Under the pieces are notes generated by a model that was given only the letters and a program-made list of their open reading frames with translations, was not told the DNA's origin and made no database searches. Below, one piece after another: positions 44,521-57,893 of a stretch of 64,000 nt of DNA (within the stretch, counting starts at the first letter, position 1; every line of letters begins with the position of its first letter). Source of the stretch: Girardia tigrina (taxonomy: Eukaryota); NCBI GenBank assembly GCA_001938485.1, contig MQRK01241454.1, forward strand, positions 1 to 64,000. The letters are read 5' to 3'. Made by a program: the position numbers and the translations under genes.

Positions 44521-45760
44521 TAGAATGGTCCTTACTAGGTGACATCCATTTAACATTTTAAAAACATTTATTAACAACACAAACAGATTCTTTACAACTA
44601 TTTTCAATAAAACCATCTTCAGTAGGCATCTTTCTTTGGTTGATAAAGTTTTGTATATTTATTTAAATCGTTAATTATTGAATGAATTTATCAACTTATA
44701 TATTTTTTATTTCTCAAAATTTTATTGGATAAAAATGCAAAAAACAAATTTTAAAATAAATATTAGCTTTTTTAATTATATCAAATTTAATAAGTTAAAT
44801 TATTTACTCAAAATTATTAATTAAATTTCATTAATCTCACTAAATTAATATCATTAGATTTAAATAATTAATAAAAAATATTGTAATGCAATCAGTTGTT
44901 ACAATATTTTACTTAAGTATTCAAAAATAGTGTTGCTAACATTGCGCATAAACAAAGTTACCTTCATAAATACTAACATTTTGACTATAAGTAATTCTCT
45001 GAAAAGTTTAAAGACATTATTCACTATTTGTATATGCGTCATCAAAATTTCCATAATAATAATATTTAATCAGTTATTAAGTATCTTTTGACTTAAATTA
45101 ATTAGTTTAAATAGTAAGACGTACAAAATAATCCATTGTTTAGATATTATACAGCTAAATACATGATCGTCAAGGTTTAAGGACAATATTTCTTGATGTC
45201 GATGTATCAATAAGTTCCAACATTTTTTTTCGAATTTTAATATTTCAATGTTTTTTTGTTTTAAGAGGTTTCGAACGTGTATGAACAATAATGCCCTGCT
45301 TCGTAATATTTCTAATAATAAAAAAATGAAGGATACAGGAATTAAATTTTACATAAATTGTGATGTTAGGCATCCTTCAATACTTTGACTCAGTCATTGT
45401 TTCAATATATGTAAAAATAGTAAATAAATAATAATAATTAGGAAAGTAAGGTCGTTTTTCAATAAAATTATTGACAATTCAAACCGGTGTCATCATTAAG
45501 ACATTTAGTGTAATTAAAAATAATGTACTTAATTGATGTTAAAAGACTATTATATCATACATCTAACAAACATGCTTCAAAATACTTTAAAGTTATTGGA
45601 TTTTAATAATCTTTCATATTTAAACGTAGTTTTTGACAATTTTTAACAAAATTTCGACAGTGATTTATTTGGTATCGCACCAAAAGAGGAAAACGGTTAA
45701 AGACCAAATTGTAAAATACTCAAGTACAGAATACTCAAAATGCAAAACACAAATTCGTTG

Positions 45761-46946
45761 CAGGGCCTTTTTTCACATATTGACTGGGTGTGAGGGCTTT
45801 TCCCTCCTCCAGTGAGCAAAAAATACACCCCCCAGTCGAAGACAAAAGTCATAGAATCGGGGGTAAATTTGGAAATAATCAATAATTCAAAGCAATCTTT
45901 AAAACTGCCTTTCTATTTTTGAGATCATAACCTGATACTTTTGCAACAACAGAAGATTTAACTTTCTATGTTCTAGTAGAAGACTGAACCACAAATACAT
46001 GCCTTGGCTCCTTCGCAACAGAAGAATCCATTATCAGCACTTCTTACGATACTTCGGAAAGGTACAAACTCAAAAAAGTAAATGTAAAATGGTAAGTAGA
46101 AAATAGTAGTGACTGCTTGGAAGCATATACGTGAAATGTAGAACGTGTGAGAAGTTTGTGAGTGTAGCTTGCATGTTGGCTCACAATGACACTGTTTACT
46201 TGGTTCATGGCTAGCGTGCAAATAAAATAGTAAAAGTGAAGACTGTCATTAATCACCTTTACTCAATCTCCTATAAGAAAGCAGTGTGGCATAAAGATTT
46301 ATAATTGCAGTCTAAAGTCCAGTCTTCTCATCATCTTTGGTTAAATGTTTGCACAAGTACCGTGCGAAAATGTAGAGTTTCTTATCTCACTCGCCATGGG
46401 CGTTTATAATGACGGTCTTATAGGTACTCTTACTGTCAACAGCTGGCGTCATTGTATTAATCAAAATATTTTTCAATGGACTTTATCCATTGCTTGAATC
46501 CTTACAACTTTCATTTACATCCTACCATTCACAATATGCTGAAGTTATATGTAACTTTACCAGTAACAATAGCCACAGCTGAACGATCTTTTTCTACATT
46601 ACTTAGAATCAATACTTACTTATGAAACGCGACATCAGAGCAGAAATTAAATGGCTTAGCTATAATGAACATTCACCAGGAATTAATAGTTTTCTTAGAG
46701 ACTGACAAAGTTTTAGACACTTGCGAAGAACTCAAGAAGACTTATGCTTTTTTTTATTATATAAATGTATGTAATTATATTTCTCATAAAAGTTATTACA
46801 TGTGGTATTTCGATGGTATTATAAATTTTATTATTTTAATAATAATTAATTTATATTTTTTAATTTTGAAAATAAAAACTAGAATATGAAAACAAGTGTT
46901 GCGAAAAATACATCCCCCGAAATATTTTTCTGCGTAAACGCCTTAT
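45761..46946 (+). mobile_element. hAT-superfamily transposon remnant(s)
   Basis: C-terminal dimerisation motif TLPVTIATAERSFSTLLRINTYL*NATSEQKLNGLAIMNIH at ~46512-46735. hAT-like ends CAGGGCC (45761) and CATGGGCGTTTA (46395), with TAAACGCC at 46935. No 8-bp TSD confirmed, so boundaries are uncertain. Confidence 0.75.
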
Positions 46947-47299
46947 TAAATAAGGTAACCTATCCTGAGATACTCGAACTCTTTCAGATCATAATATTTT
47001 TGTAAAAATGTTTAGAAATATACAAAAATCAATCGATATCTAATTTTGAAATGGACTTTGGGTTATAAAATGGTTCAAGGATAAATAAAATTTGAATTCA
47101 TATTGAAATACATCAAAATTTTCTTAATTTTGGAAACAATTTACTAACATAAATAATTATTTATATAATTCGTGTATAAATTTACTTTTAAAATATTCAA
47201 TTAATGATTTAATGACGTTAGAAGTGATATACTTAAGAAATTTAAGTAATTTATTAACGAAATTCATGATACTATTTTTAATATAATACAAAATTAGAG

Positions 47300-47336
<37 letters not shown>

Positions 47337-47789
47337 AAATAAAAGGCGCCATTTTAATAATTTTTTATTCAACAATATATGTTTCACCATAACGGCACTG
47401 TCAGTTGTAAGGTTATTTCGGAATTCAAGTTATTTATATGGCACATTGACTATTACGCAATTTATATATTTTTATAAAACTTTAATAGATTGGACAACTC
47501 ACTTTGGAAATTTAAGTCTGGTTTTTAAAGTTTTATTAATAATGCGTCACTGACTATCCTCTCATGATATGTCTAAATTTTTCTTCAAGGCTGAAAATTC
47601 TGACTCACAATTAACCTTATCTCTATTTTTGCATTTTTTATGTGATCAATAATCAAACTATTTCTACTTGATTGGGTTTGTTCAGCTATTTTAATATGTT
47701 GATGACGATTTGCTTCTCCAATGTACAAGGATTCTCACTTGTGACATTTAAATTAATAAACTAGCTTAGTTTTGATACTCAATAGTGTT

Positions 47790-47978
47790 TCCGATTTATT
47801 AGAGAAGTATCTCGACAATTTATTCTCTATAAAAAATACTTGAGTTAAAACCCGGAGAACCCTTTTTATTAAACTTTTTCTCAAGTCACATGCCCTTCTG
47901 AAAAATGATAAGTCTTAACTTGCGGGTAATTTTTATAACAAATAAACTATCGAGATATTTCTCTTTAAATGCGTTTGG
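47790..47978. repeat. Degenerate foldback/MITE remnant
   Basis: ~55-bp imperfect inverted arms centred on GAGAAGTATCTCGACAATTT / AAACTATCGAGATATTTCTC. Confidence 0.6.
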
Positions 47979-49536
47979 ATATTTCTCTAATAAAAAATAA
48001 AAATAATCTTTAAATTGAAATATATTTTAAAAACATTTTATTTTTTAAGTAATTTGTATTTTTTTATAATTATTCAGTTAAGAAAAGAAATTTTGAAAAT
48101 ATTTTGCTTGTATTTGAACGAATTTTTTTCGTTAAAAAAGAAAAAAAACGTATTATTAAAGAAAAGAAAGACAATATTGAAAAGTAATTCGCAGATGAGA
48201 ATATTATACGGATGCTATGAATATTTTTCGTCTGACATTCATAAGAAAATGATTTTACAAAAAAGATATTTTACGGTTTTAAATTTTTTATTATAATTTA
48301 AAATTTTCATTTTCTGTTTTTTCATTTTATATTAAAAATCCTAAATATTATCAGATTTTTTTAATATTTTCTTATTTATATAATTATTATTTTAATTAAA
48401 ATGTGGAAAGAAGAATATCATATTAAAGCAGTTGGGGGCACTTGCCTAATATTTTAGAGATCCAAAAAAATTTAGAAAAGGAAAATTTTGATTTTAGAGT
48501 TTTTCAACACTATTATGCAATATATAATTAAAATGTAACTCCAACTCAAACTTTTCTTCTTTACTTTTAATATTTGTTTCGTATATTTTTGATATTAAAA
48601 ATTCATCTTTCTATCTTAGATATTTCTGTCTTTCTTTCTTTAACACAACCTTAAAAATCTTAAAAACTCATTTTCTGTCCCATAATTAAAGTCCACGTTA
48701 CTAATATATCAGTAGATATTTTTTTAATACTTCTTTAACAAAACAGGCAATCGGATACTACAAATTGTGAATATTTAAGCTTAAAAAAGTAACAAGTAAT
48801 AAAATTAAAATTAATGGTATCACTACCCCAATCTAATATCATAAAACACAATTTATGGAGGTTCTTTAAATAATAATCAATGTTGCATTTTATTTTATGC
48901 ATTTTCTTCGTATGTCAAATTTAAATTCAATACAATTAATAGTAGCGAATTAATATTACTATCAATTTGTAATATTACTAGCGAAACGCAACAAATACCT
49001 AAAATACTCGGTCCCGGTTTTATTTAAAAATCAAGAAATAAATTATAACACTAAAACCGTGTATGAAAATTAATTGTTATTAATTTAGAATACATTGACA
49101 CTGGGATCCATAGAAAGAAAATCGAAAAGAAAAATCGATAATAGTTTTGTGAATCGTAATATAAAAGAAATATGATAAAAAGTTTGATCTTGAAAGGTTT
49201 GATATCTTGAACACTTAGATCTGCGTATGTTAAATGTAATGAAAGTATTGATAAGTTGTTGGATTCGTTTTATAAAAAAAGATGTTGCAAATCGATAGTT
49301 GAAAAATTAATTTGTGAAACTTAAATCAATGAATTAATTAAATCAAAAATCGAAAAAAACGTAATACATTAAATACCGACAAAAATAAATTTAAAATCAA
49401 ATGATAGATAATAATAATGATAATATTGGCTTTGTTTTGACTGTTCTCTACTCTGAAATATTCAGATAATTCAAAAATTTTGATTTGAAATATGACGAAA
49501 ATAATATATTAAATTTAAAAATTGTGTTTAGATCAT

Positions 49537-49738
49537 GCAGGCCATATTTTTACAGTTTTTTACTGGACACCCACTTTCTGACAATGTCGTGAAAATGAAA
49601 CATTTTTCTGAAATGCATTTTTTTCAAACCATACTGGAAATAACTTTTAGTATTGATAATCTTCAATGAATAGCTCTGGTTGACCACTGTACACGTGCGC
49701 AGTCACAACTTGATCTATAGAAACGGGACGGTGATTAT
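49537..49738 (+). repeat. ~200-bp interspersed repeat, copy A
   Basis: Reverse complement of 53527-53731. About 13 substitutions and 2 indels by manual alignment, with the same boundaries. Confidence 0.93.
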
Positions 49739-49744
49739 CATCAG

Positions 49745-50272
49745 AATAATGAGTTTATGAATTAGTCTATTTGCCGTGCTGCAAAGAGTAAGAGTCGAAA
49801 TTGGGGAACGAGCGATAAAGAAGGATAAAGTTTATTTCTAAAGTTTATTTATCCGATAAACCAGTTAAATCTGGAGGTGGAGGAAGATGGAGCTACACCA
49901 GAGAATATTCTAGGTGGGTGCCCAGTTACTATGTTAAAACATTGCCTGAGATCATGTAAGGTAGGAAGTTTGTTCAAAAGTAAATCTATCACAAGAAAAT
50001 TGTTGTTCCAATTTAAGTTTATCAGTATGAATGTAATGGGTATGATGCCACATACGTCTCTACTTGTGATTTCTGTGAAACTTTTTCAAGAACAACATCA
50101 ATAAGAAAGTGATTGTAATATAGCTCAATATAGAAAGAATTGTTTAAATAGATTTAAGAAATTTCAGGCTATTGTGCTCAAAATTTTATAAAATTGAAAT
50201 CTAAAAATAATATTCATTTATATAATAATTATTATTTCCTTTTTGTACATGAAACTTTTTAGACCACCCTTC
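49745..50272 (+). mobile_element. Highly decayed Tc1/mariner 3' remnant
   Basis: EEDGATP (QQDGAP-like) peptide and a TIR-like end GAAACTTTTTAGACCACCCT. Confidence 0.4.
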
Positions 50273-51064
50273 TTTAATTGACACACACACTTCCAAGATA
50301 GAGAACCTACTGTTCTCATCATGTTCTTATATTTTTAATAATTAAACAACATAAAACTCTAAATTATTACAACTTCAACCGAAAAACCAAGTTCAAAATT
50401 TACCAAAAAAAAATATTAAATCATTGTTTTTCTTGTTTATTTTTTAACCAATTTAAAAGCAATCAAATTTTAAACAATTTTCTTTAAAAAAAATATTGTA
50501 AGAAGCGAAAAAAACCCGGAAATATAAGATACAAAAAGCGCAGGATAATAATATCAGTCGATAAAAGTCATATTTGATTCTCAATTTCTTACAAATTCTT
50601 AAATCAATATTTTGATATTAGCAACCAAAAAATAACAATATTTTTTTTAAAAATTATTATTATATTTTTTTTTCCAAAAACTTCGGATATGGCCAAAAAA
50701 TTAGAAACGTAAAACGAATAGAAAAAAAAACAACAACGACAACACAATTTTTGATGAATTTTATTTTGCTTTTTTTGTCTTTATAATATACTTTCCTGAT
50801 TTAATGAGCAAAAGGCTTTGATTTAATTGTTTTGTCAACAAAACAAAATGCATCAAATAGATTCTATTTGATTTAATATTAACAATCCATTATCCATTAA
50901 AAAATAATCAAAGTTGATCTTACTCTTAATAAAACTATCAAGTTGAATCATCGAAACAATATTAAAACATTCTTCTTAATGTTCTTTGCAGCAATTAATA
51001 ACTCTTAAGCTCTACATTTTTTATAGTTTCTTTTAAATTACGAAATCAATTAACAAAACACTAT

Positions 51065-51310
51065 TGACTTAATTGAGGCCTCTAAGTATCTCATGTTCCG
51101 TTGTACGGGCTTCTCAATTCCCAGGCTGATCTTCCTAGCATTAGTGTGTCTAGCAGCAGTGATGCTGCAATCAGCCAATCAAAGGCAAGTATATACATAA
51201 ATCTGACTTCCGTACGTTCTACTTCGATTGATGAGATGATAATGATGAAATTGATGAATAATCACCTCCCTTACGCAGCCCTGTTGCGGATAGAAGGCTA
51301 ATTATTGAAT
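51065..51310. promoter_or_regulatory. GC-richer island with a CCAAT box and ETS motif (candidate promoter/enhancer)
   Basis: CAATCAGCCAATCA at 51168-51181 and ACTTCCG at 51206-51212. No ORF or TE similarity recognised. Confidence 0.4.
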
Positions 51311-53526
51311 GAAATACATCTCAATTAACCTGAATGTTATAAAATGACGCACTGGATAATATCATCTACAATTATTATCTCACTATACCATTATTGATAT
51401 AGATGAAATATCGTTATTATAATTAAACATTATTGAGTTAAAATTACTTTGAAATTTTTTCTTTTCTCTCTGACAAAAAAAATAATCATTATAATATATA
51501 TTGAAATTAAATTTTCAAAAGAAATTTAGAATTTTCTTTAATTTAAAGTCCGTAAAATTCGAGAAAAAAAATTCGATTTTATATATCTATTAATAAAATA
51601 AAATTTAATTATATAAATTTCTAATTTAATAATGAAGTAAATCATTGTTTGGAAATGCGTTACACATTAATAAATACATACACACACTCGTACACGCTGA
51701 CGCGCACACACTATCACACACAGTTTTTGACTACCAGAAAATGTATGGATAAGTAAAAACATGTTTAAATAGGATTATTTTTTTTTATTATTATAAAATA
51801 ATAATTAATTTTCTATTAAGATGAAATATGAAATACAGAAATAAAATAGTGATTTATTAATAATACTATTATTTTTTTAAGAAAAATTACAATAGAAGAT
51901 TTTTTTTCTTATTTAATAATAAAATATTTAATTAAAATAAAAACACAAATTTTCGATAATTTACTATAATTTAACTAATGATAAAAATTACAATAAATCT
52001 GATTATATTATTAGAAAAATAGAATTTTTTCCTCTTCTTTTTCATTCTTCGGATTATTAAGGTTGAATAAATTTAAATTTTAGATAAATTATTGTCCCGA
52101 AAAAAGAAAATTTTTTTTATCTATTTACGATATCGGTTACAGCCAGATTTTTATTTATTTAGTTTATTTTTCTATTTTAAGAAATTTGTAAAATATAAAT
52201 TTGAAAATAAAAGTAATGATAAAAAACAATTATTATCTCTTTTTATATCATTTAATTTTTTATTTTCAATCATATTTATTATTTAGTTGGAATTTTATCG
52301 GGTATATTTTTCGAAGTAAGATATAATATTTTGATAAATTTTTTAATTTGCATACCAAAAATTAATTTTATTTTAGAGGCACACACATTTTTATTAGCAA
52401 AAACTTAAAATATACCAATAATAATATTTTTTGAAAATAAATAAATTATAAGCAAATACAGAGGATCAATATAAAAATATTATTGGAAAGATCATATTCA
52501 AGGAAACAATTATATCTATCGAATTAAACCAAATTATATATTCTAATATTATTGAAACCGGTTCGTACTAAATAAGAACCCTATCCTTGGACATGATATT
52601 ATATAAATTATCGGCTCTCTGATTAATTTATAAGCCAATATATACAGAATTTTACTGGATGATAACAATAATATAAAAAATAATTTAAAATATTTAAAAT
52701 TGACGCATAATTAATGAATTCTAATGGTTCTGATAATGTGAATCAAAGTTAGTTTGAAGAATAGTAAACTCATTCCTTGATATCTATGAGGCTCTATGCT
52801 TGTCACATTTATACAAAAACTTACTATATTTTTTAGACTAGAAATGTTCACTATATATACATTGTTTTTCCCAATTTTCTACAGTTATATATTTGTATAT
52901 AGTCATTTAGGCAGTTTCAAAATAAATGATATTTCTCATAATAAAAGTCGGAGATTATAAAGGATTTATTTGACTTTTTAATATCTAACTGATTTGTCAA
53001 CAGGTAACATAGATATTTGGATCCCTTATTTAAAAATAGAATAAACTAAATAAAGATGAAACTAATGTTCAACCCATAACCTGCCAATGTCGCATTTATG
53101 GAACATATTCCAAAGAATCTTTTAATAACTGTAACTTCTAAATAAAATAGTCTTAAAGGCTGGGCGGACTTTTATCATTTATATATAAAGCAAAACACTA
53201 ACACTTATGGCAAAATAGTTTTACATTGTTAGTATCAATATCATTATACAGTTAATTTGTTTTTGTTTTGTATTTTCGAATTACGGCAAAAGAATATGAA
53301 ACTAGATCAGTAAATACTTTTTTTATGTTAACACAACCCGTTTACGTATATTGTTCCAAATATATCATAAAATATAATCTCTACTGCCCCAAAAAACAAC
53401 GCATTTTTTACATGGTTTTTAATTTATATAATCTCAATTATTAAATTTTAATATCATATAAAATATAAAGAACAGCAGTAAATTTATTATAAACATAAAA
53501 ATAAACGAAAAATTTCTTTAATTTTC

Positions 53527-53731
53527 ATAATCACAGTCCCATTTCTTTAGATCAAGTTGTGACTGCGCACGTGAACAGTGGTCAAACAGAGCTATTCATT
53601 GAAGGGTATCAACACTAAAAGTTATTTCCCGTATGGTTTGAAAAAAATGCATTTCAGAAAAATATGTTTGATTTTCACAACATTGTCAGAAAATGGGTGT
53701 CCAGTAAAAATACTGTTAAAATATGGCCTGC
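53527..53731 (-). repeat. ~200-bp interspersed repeat, copy B (inverted)
   Basis: Reverse complement of 49537-49738. Confidence 0.93.
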
Positions 53732-56700
53732 TAAACCGTTTTTATCTTATTCAAATTTTTAAAATGATTATTGGTTCACACCTCTTGTAATTCTTTTTAT
53801 CTTCAAACATTTTTAATGCAACATGATTATTGATCATTTGTGCTACTTCAGATGTTATTTAAGGTGGTCAGACCGCATATGTTTGTACTTTTCTACAGCG
53901 GAAACAAATAAGTCATCATTTGCTTGATTTTTGAGTAAAATGTCAACAGAGGGTTTTTCGATTCCCAGTTTTTCTGAAATTTCTTACAATATTCTGACAT
54001 TGATTGACACATTATATTTTTGTGTCATTTTATCAGTAGTTTTCTTGTCATATGAGTAACATGTTGTTATAGAAATAAATATTTGAGATTGTAGAAATTA
54101 ATAACATTGATAATATATTTATGGATAATAATTATATGATAAGATTACATTATAAAATATTATAAATATGGAATTTTATTTTAATTTACATAATAACATA
54201 GTTTAAATTTCACAAAACTGATGATGATCAAAGATGATTGAACCATGTTTCATATTAATTTTCTTAGTTTTATCTTATATTTATTTGGTATTTATAAACA
54301 CTTTTCTTTTAAAAACTTTTCTTCGACAAAAATTCCAATATAAATTGATTAAATAACACAAAAATCAATGGAATCATAATGTCAGTTAGAAATACAAAAA
54401 AACATTTTTTAAACAAATATTGAAGAAAATAGAGAAAAAGCATTAAATAGGATAAGCCTTAAAAAAACTTGCTCAAGCGATTCAACCTCATCTCATCTGA
54501 GTTCGTTCAATGTGGTAGCAGATGCTCATGAAACAGTCACGCAATTGTTTTGTAAATTTATCAAATAAAGTCAAGTAAATCAATTATTATAAGATAAATT
54601 ACACATCCAACTGAAGTATTCGTTAATTGGTATTTAGATTAGTTTTTAAATAAAATATTTATTATTATTTTTATTATTTTTCTAAAAAAAATCCAGAGAG
54701 AAAAGGTGAAACTTTTGTTAAACAATTTTTGGAAATTCTTTTAAAACAACAATAAAATAATAACCATAAGACTGATCTTAAATTCTGTTGGAGTTTTTTA
54801 ATTGAAAAATTATTTTAAAGTATGATTTATTACTTTCATTCTTTTTTGTAAGTGATAAATAAATAAATAACACAAAAATCATATTTTAAAAGAAGTTCAT
54901 TTATTTAAAAAATAAATTTTAACCAAAAGAGTTCTTTGGTAATCTTTCTCTATTATTTTATTTTAAAATGACTTTTTACATAATTTATATCATTGCTAAA
55001 TATTTTTGATTCAAAAGATAAAAAATACTTTAATATTAATAATATTAAAAAATAACTATTAAATAAAAAAATAATATTTTTAAGAGAAAAGTGTTTGTTA
55101 TTTTTTTGAAAAACGAAATTTTAATAAAAATTCCATGAAAATGTTATATTATGGCACCAATATGTACAAAAAAAATAAACGATTAAATGCAAAAAATAAT
55201 CCAGACTCATATTAAAATCCGTTTTCAATTTTTTCTTTTTCGTCCTTCATTGATTTTATAATCAGAGCAATTAACCTGTTTTTGTGTTTTTAATTTTTTT
55301 TCAATATTCATCAATAATGTCGATAAAAGGATTTCGAACAATTCCATATTTAGACTAATAAAATAAATTAATTAAATTAATAAAAAAGAAATCCAGTTTT
55401 ATTATTGATTAATTTTTCCATTAAATTGTAATTTTCAAAAAAAAGAAAATGAAAGAGGCATAGAAATTATATTTTAATAAATATTAAATATTTTTTATAT
55501 GATATCCGAATTAAAGCCTTTTTTATTTTCCAAAATAAAATAATTATAGTACAAATTTCAATTTATATATTTATATAAATAAAAATAATTCGCGAGTAGA
55601 CTGAAAAGCTTCTATATCAGTGCTTATTTAAAAGATGAGTTTCATATTCTTCAAGTATATTTTGATTGATATTATTCTCTGTTATATTTTGTATAACTAG
55701 TGATAATGCATCAATTTAAAACATTTTAAAATTAAAATTATTGTTATTCAATAAAATTATATTAAAATTAAGTCTTGTATTGTTTAATATACCTGATGAT
55801 AATCTGAATCGATTGAAAAATGTCTGTTAAAAACTTTCTTATAATAAAATATAAACATAATTATTTTTCTTTTTTAATGTTTGTTGAAAAATAATCTAAC
55901 ATTATTTAAATTATTATAATGAAATAATTGTAATTAATTCTGGATTATTTTATATTTTCTGTTTTACATTTATTTATCAATATTTTTTCAAATTGAAAAT
56001 CAATGAAAAAATTATTGATTTTTTGTTTCGAAAAAAATAAAAATCAATTATTATATAATGCTTTTAATTATCAATATTAATTGAATCTCTATTTCAATTC
56101 TACTTAACGCATAGGTTGACGAAAAGAAACTAATTATCAGATAGACGATTAAATTCAAAAGACAAAATACATTCCTCATTGGAAAACGATTAATTTGTCC
56201 CATAATGAAAACTTTACTATTTATTGACATATATTTTTATTGAACAAAAAAAAATAATAAACTGATAAATAAAGCTGATGAATTAACTCTCCATTTATTT
56301 TTTATTTTTGTAATATTTTTTTATTTTAGAAATTTTTAAAACAGTTCATTATTTTGTTTATTATAAAAAGAAAAAAATAATTTCAAAATTATAATTAAAA
56401 ATTTCATTAGTAATAATAATGTATAAATAAATATATTTATTTTTGTCAAACATTTCACTTTTTTCTGTATATATCACTTTAAAATGCAGTACCAATAGTG
56501 AATGTGGTGATTTGTTTTGTAGTATGGTGGTATTTTCTTTATTTGTAAATTTAGAGTTTGATAATTAATTATTGGAAGTATATTAAAAATTTTATTGAAA
56601 AAAGTAACATTAAAATTCTTCTCGAAATTTGTTTACTGAACATTTTTATTCAATTGTTATTTACAAAATAATATCTTGGACCTAATAAATGAAGGAACTA

Positions 56701-57337
56701 TTTCTTTTTATATAAAAGAAAATTAGAGTTGACCTACAATATATGCTGTAAAAAGAGAAAGAATTAATATATTTAAAAGAAAAATGAACAAATTTTACGA
56801 AATTAATTACGGTTTTAAGAATACGCTTCGTATTTATCCTCACCCAGTTAAAAATCAATAATTATTTTGAATCTATTGTTTCTCATCAATCTCGAAAAGA
56901 TCACCAACCATTTAATATTGAAAAGTTAATTACGTCACTTTCAGGATAATGGAATAATAATTCCATTTTTTTCTGACAAATATATAATGACATTTGATCC
57001 AGCATTTTCAGAGGGATAGTTAAATCATTAACTATATAAATTTTTTAAACTTACTTATTAAAATTCCTTATGTTTCGACTATTTTTGGTCTACTATTTTA
57101 GTGTTAGTTTTCAAATTAGAAAAAAAGAAAATCTAAATATATCTATGTAATTAATATTACCGCTTATTTTTTATAAAGTTTAATTTATCATTTGGAAAAA
57201 AATGGTCATTATTCCTTCAATCATCAAATATTTTCAAAAATAATATAAACAAAAGAAAATAGTAATTTTAGTTTTATACTAAAATAATAATAAATTTTAA
57301 AAAATAAAATAAATATATTAAAAAAATAGATTTTTAC

Positions 57338-57739
57338 GCTAATTTTATCAAGTACTGCACTCCAACTTGACGACGTTTGAACTCCCGAAACGGTATATCC
57401 ACGTTTGTGTTCTTTACGATTTTTTTCACGCATTGAAAGCGCTCCTTTGAACCATAAAGGTGCTAAACGTTTACAACGACAAAGCAAAGCGTGAATGAAA
57501 AGCGCTTCACTGGGTTTCGGATTGGAATTATTGTTATTGTTTCCGTTATACGAATTGAATTTACTGGCAAAAGAATTAACACCGTTGTAATGTCCGTTTG
57601 TGGAATCGGTTAAAACGTATTCTTTATTGTCACTCATTAAATATTTTTGAGATAGAAAATCATTTTCGTGATAGTGAATCGGATCAATGTCACTATTGCT
57701 ACTGTTTACATCGACATGAAGAGCATCGTGAGAAGAATC
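57338..57739 (-). CDS. Coding exon 2 of the same unidentified gene (DSSHDALHVD...EALFIHALLCRCKRLAPLWFKG...WSAVLDKIS)
   Basis: 134 uninterrupted codons with raised GC. There is an AG acceptor, then a GTAAAA donor after AGC, where the sequence switches abruptly to AT-rich intron-like composition. Includes most of ORF 57224..57637. Confidence 0.8.
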
Positions 57740-57836
57740 CTAAATAATTGAACAAAAAAAACAAAAAAAATCGTCAACAAAAATCTTTTTTTTTAAATTT
57801 TAAAATTCAAAAAAAAATAAAATAAAATTTATTTAC

Positions 57837-57893
57837 ATTAGACACATCGACCTCTAATTTTACTCGCTTGTCTACATGAATAAAATCATCCAT
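57837..57893 (-). CDS. Coding exon 1 of an unidentified host gene (MDDFIHVDKRVKLEVDVSN)
   Basis: ATG in AAAATGG context at 57893, 19 open codons, then a GTAAAT donor. A 97-nt T-rich intron (57836-57740) ending TATTTAG splices in frame (phase 0) to the next exon. Confidence 0.8.

Noticed and set aside
57224-57337. Hydrophobic C-terminal tail (apparent TM helix) of ORF 57224..57637
   Set aside because: It follows a GT donor and has AT-rich intron composition, so it is read-through into the intron.
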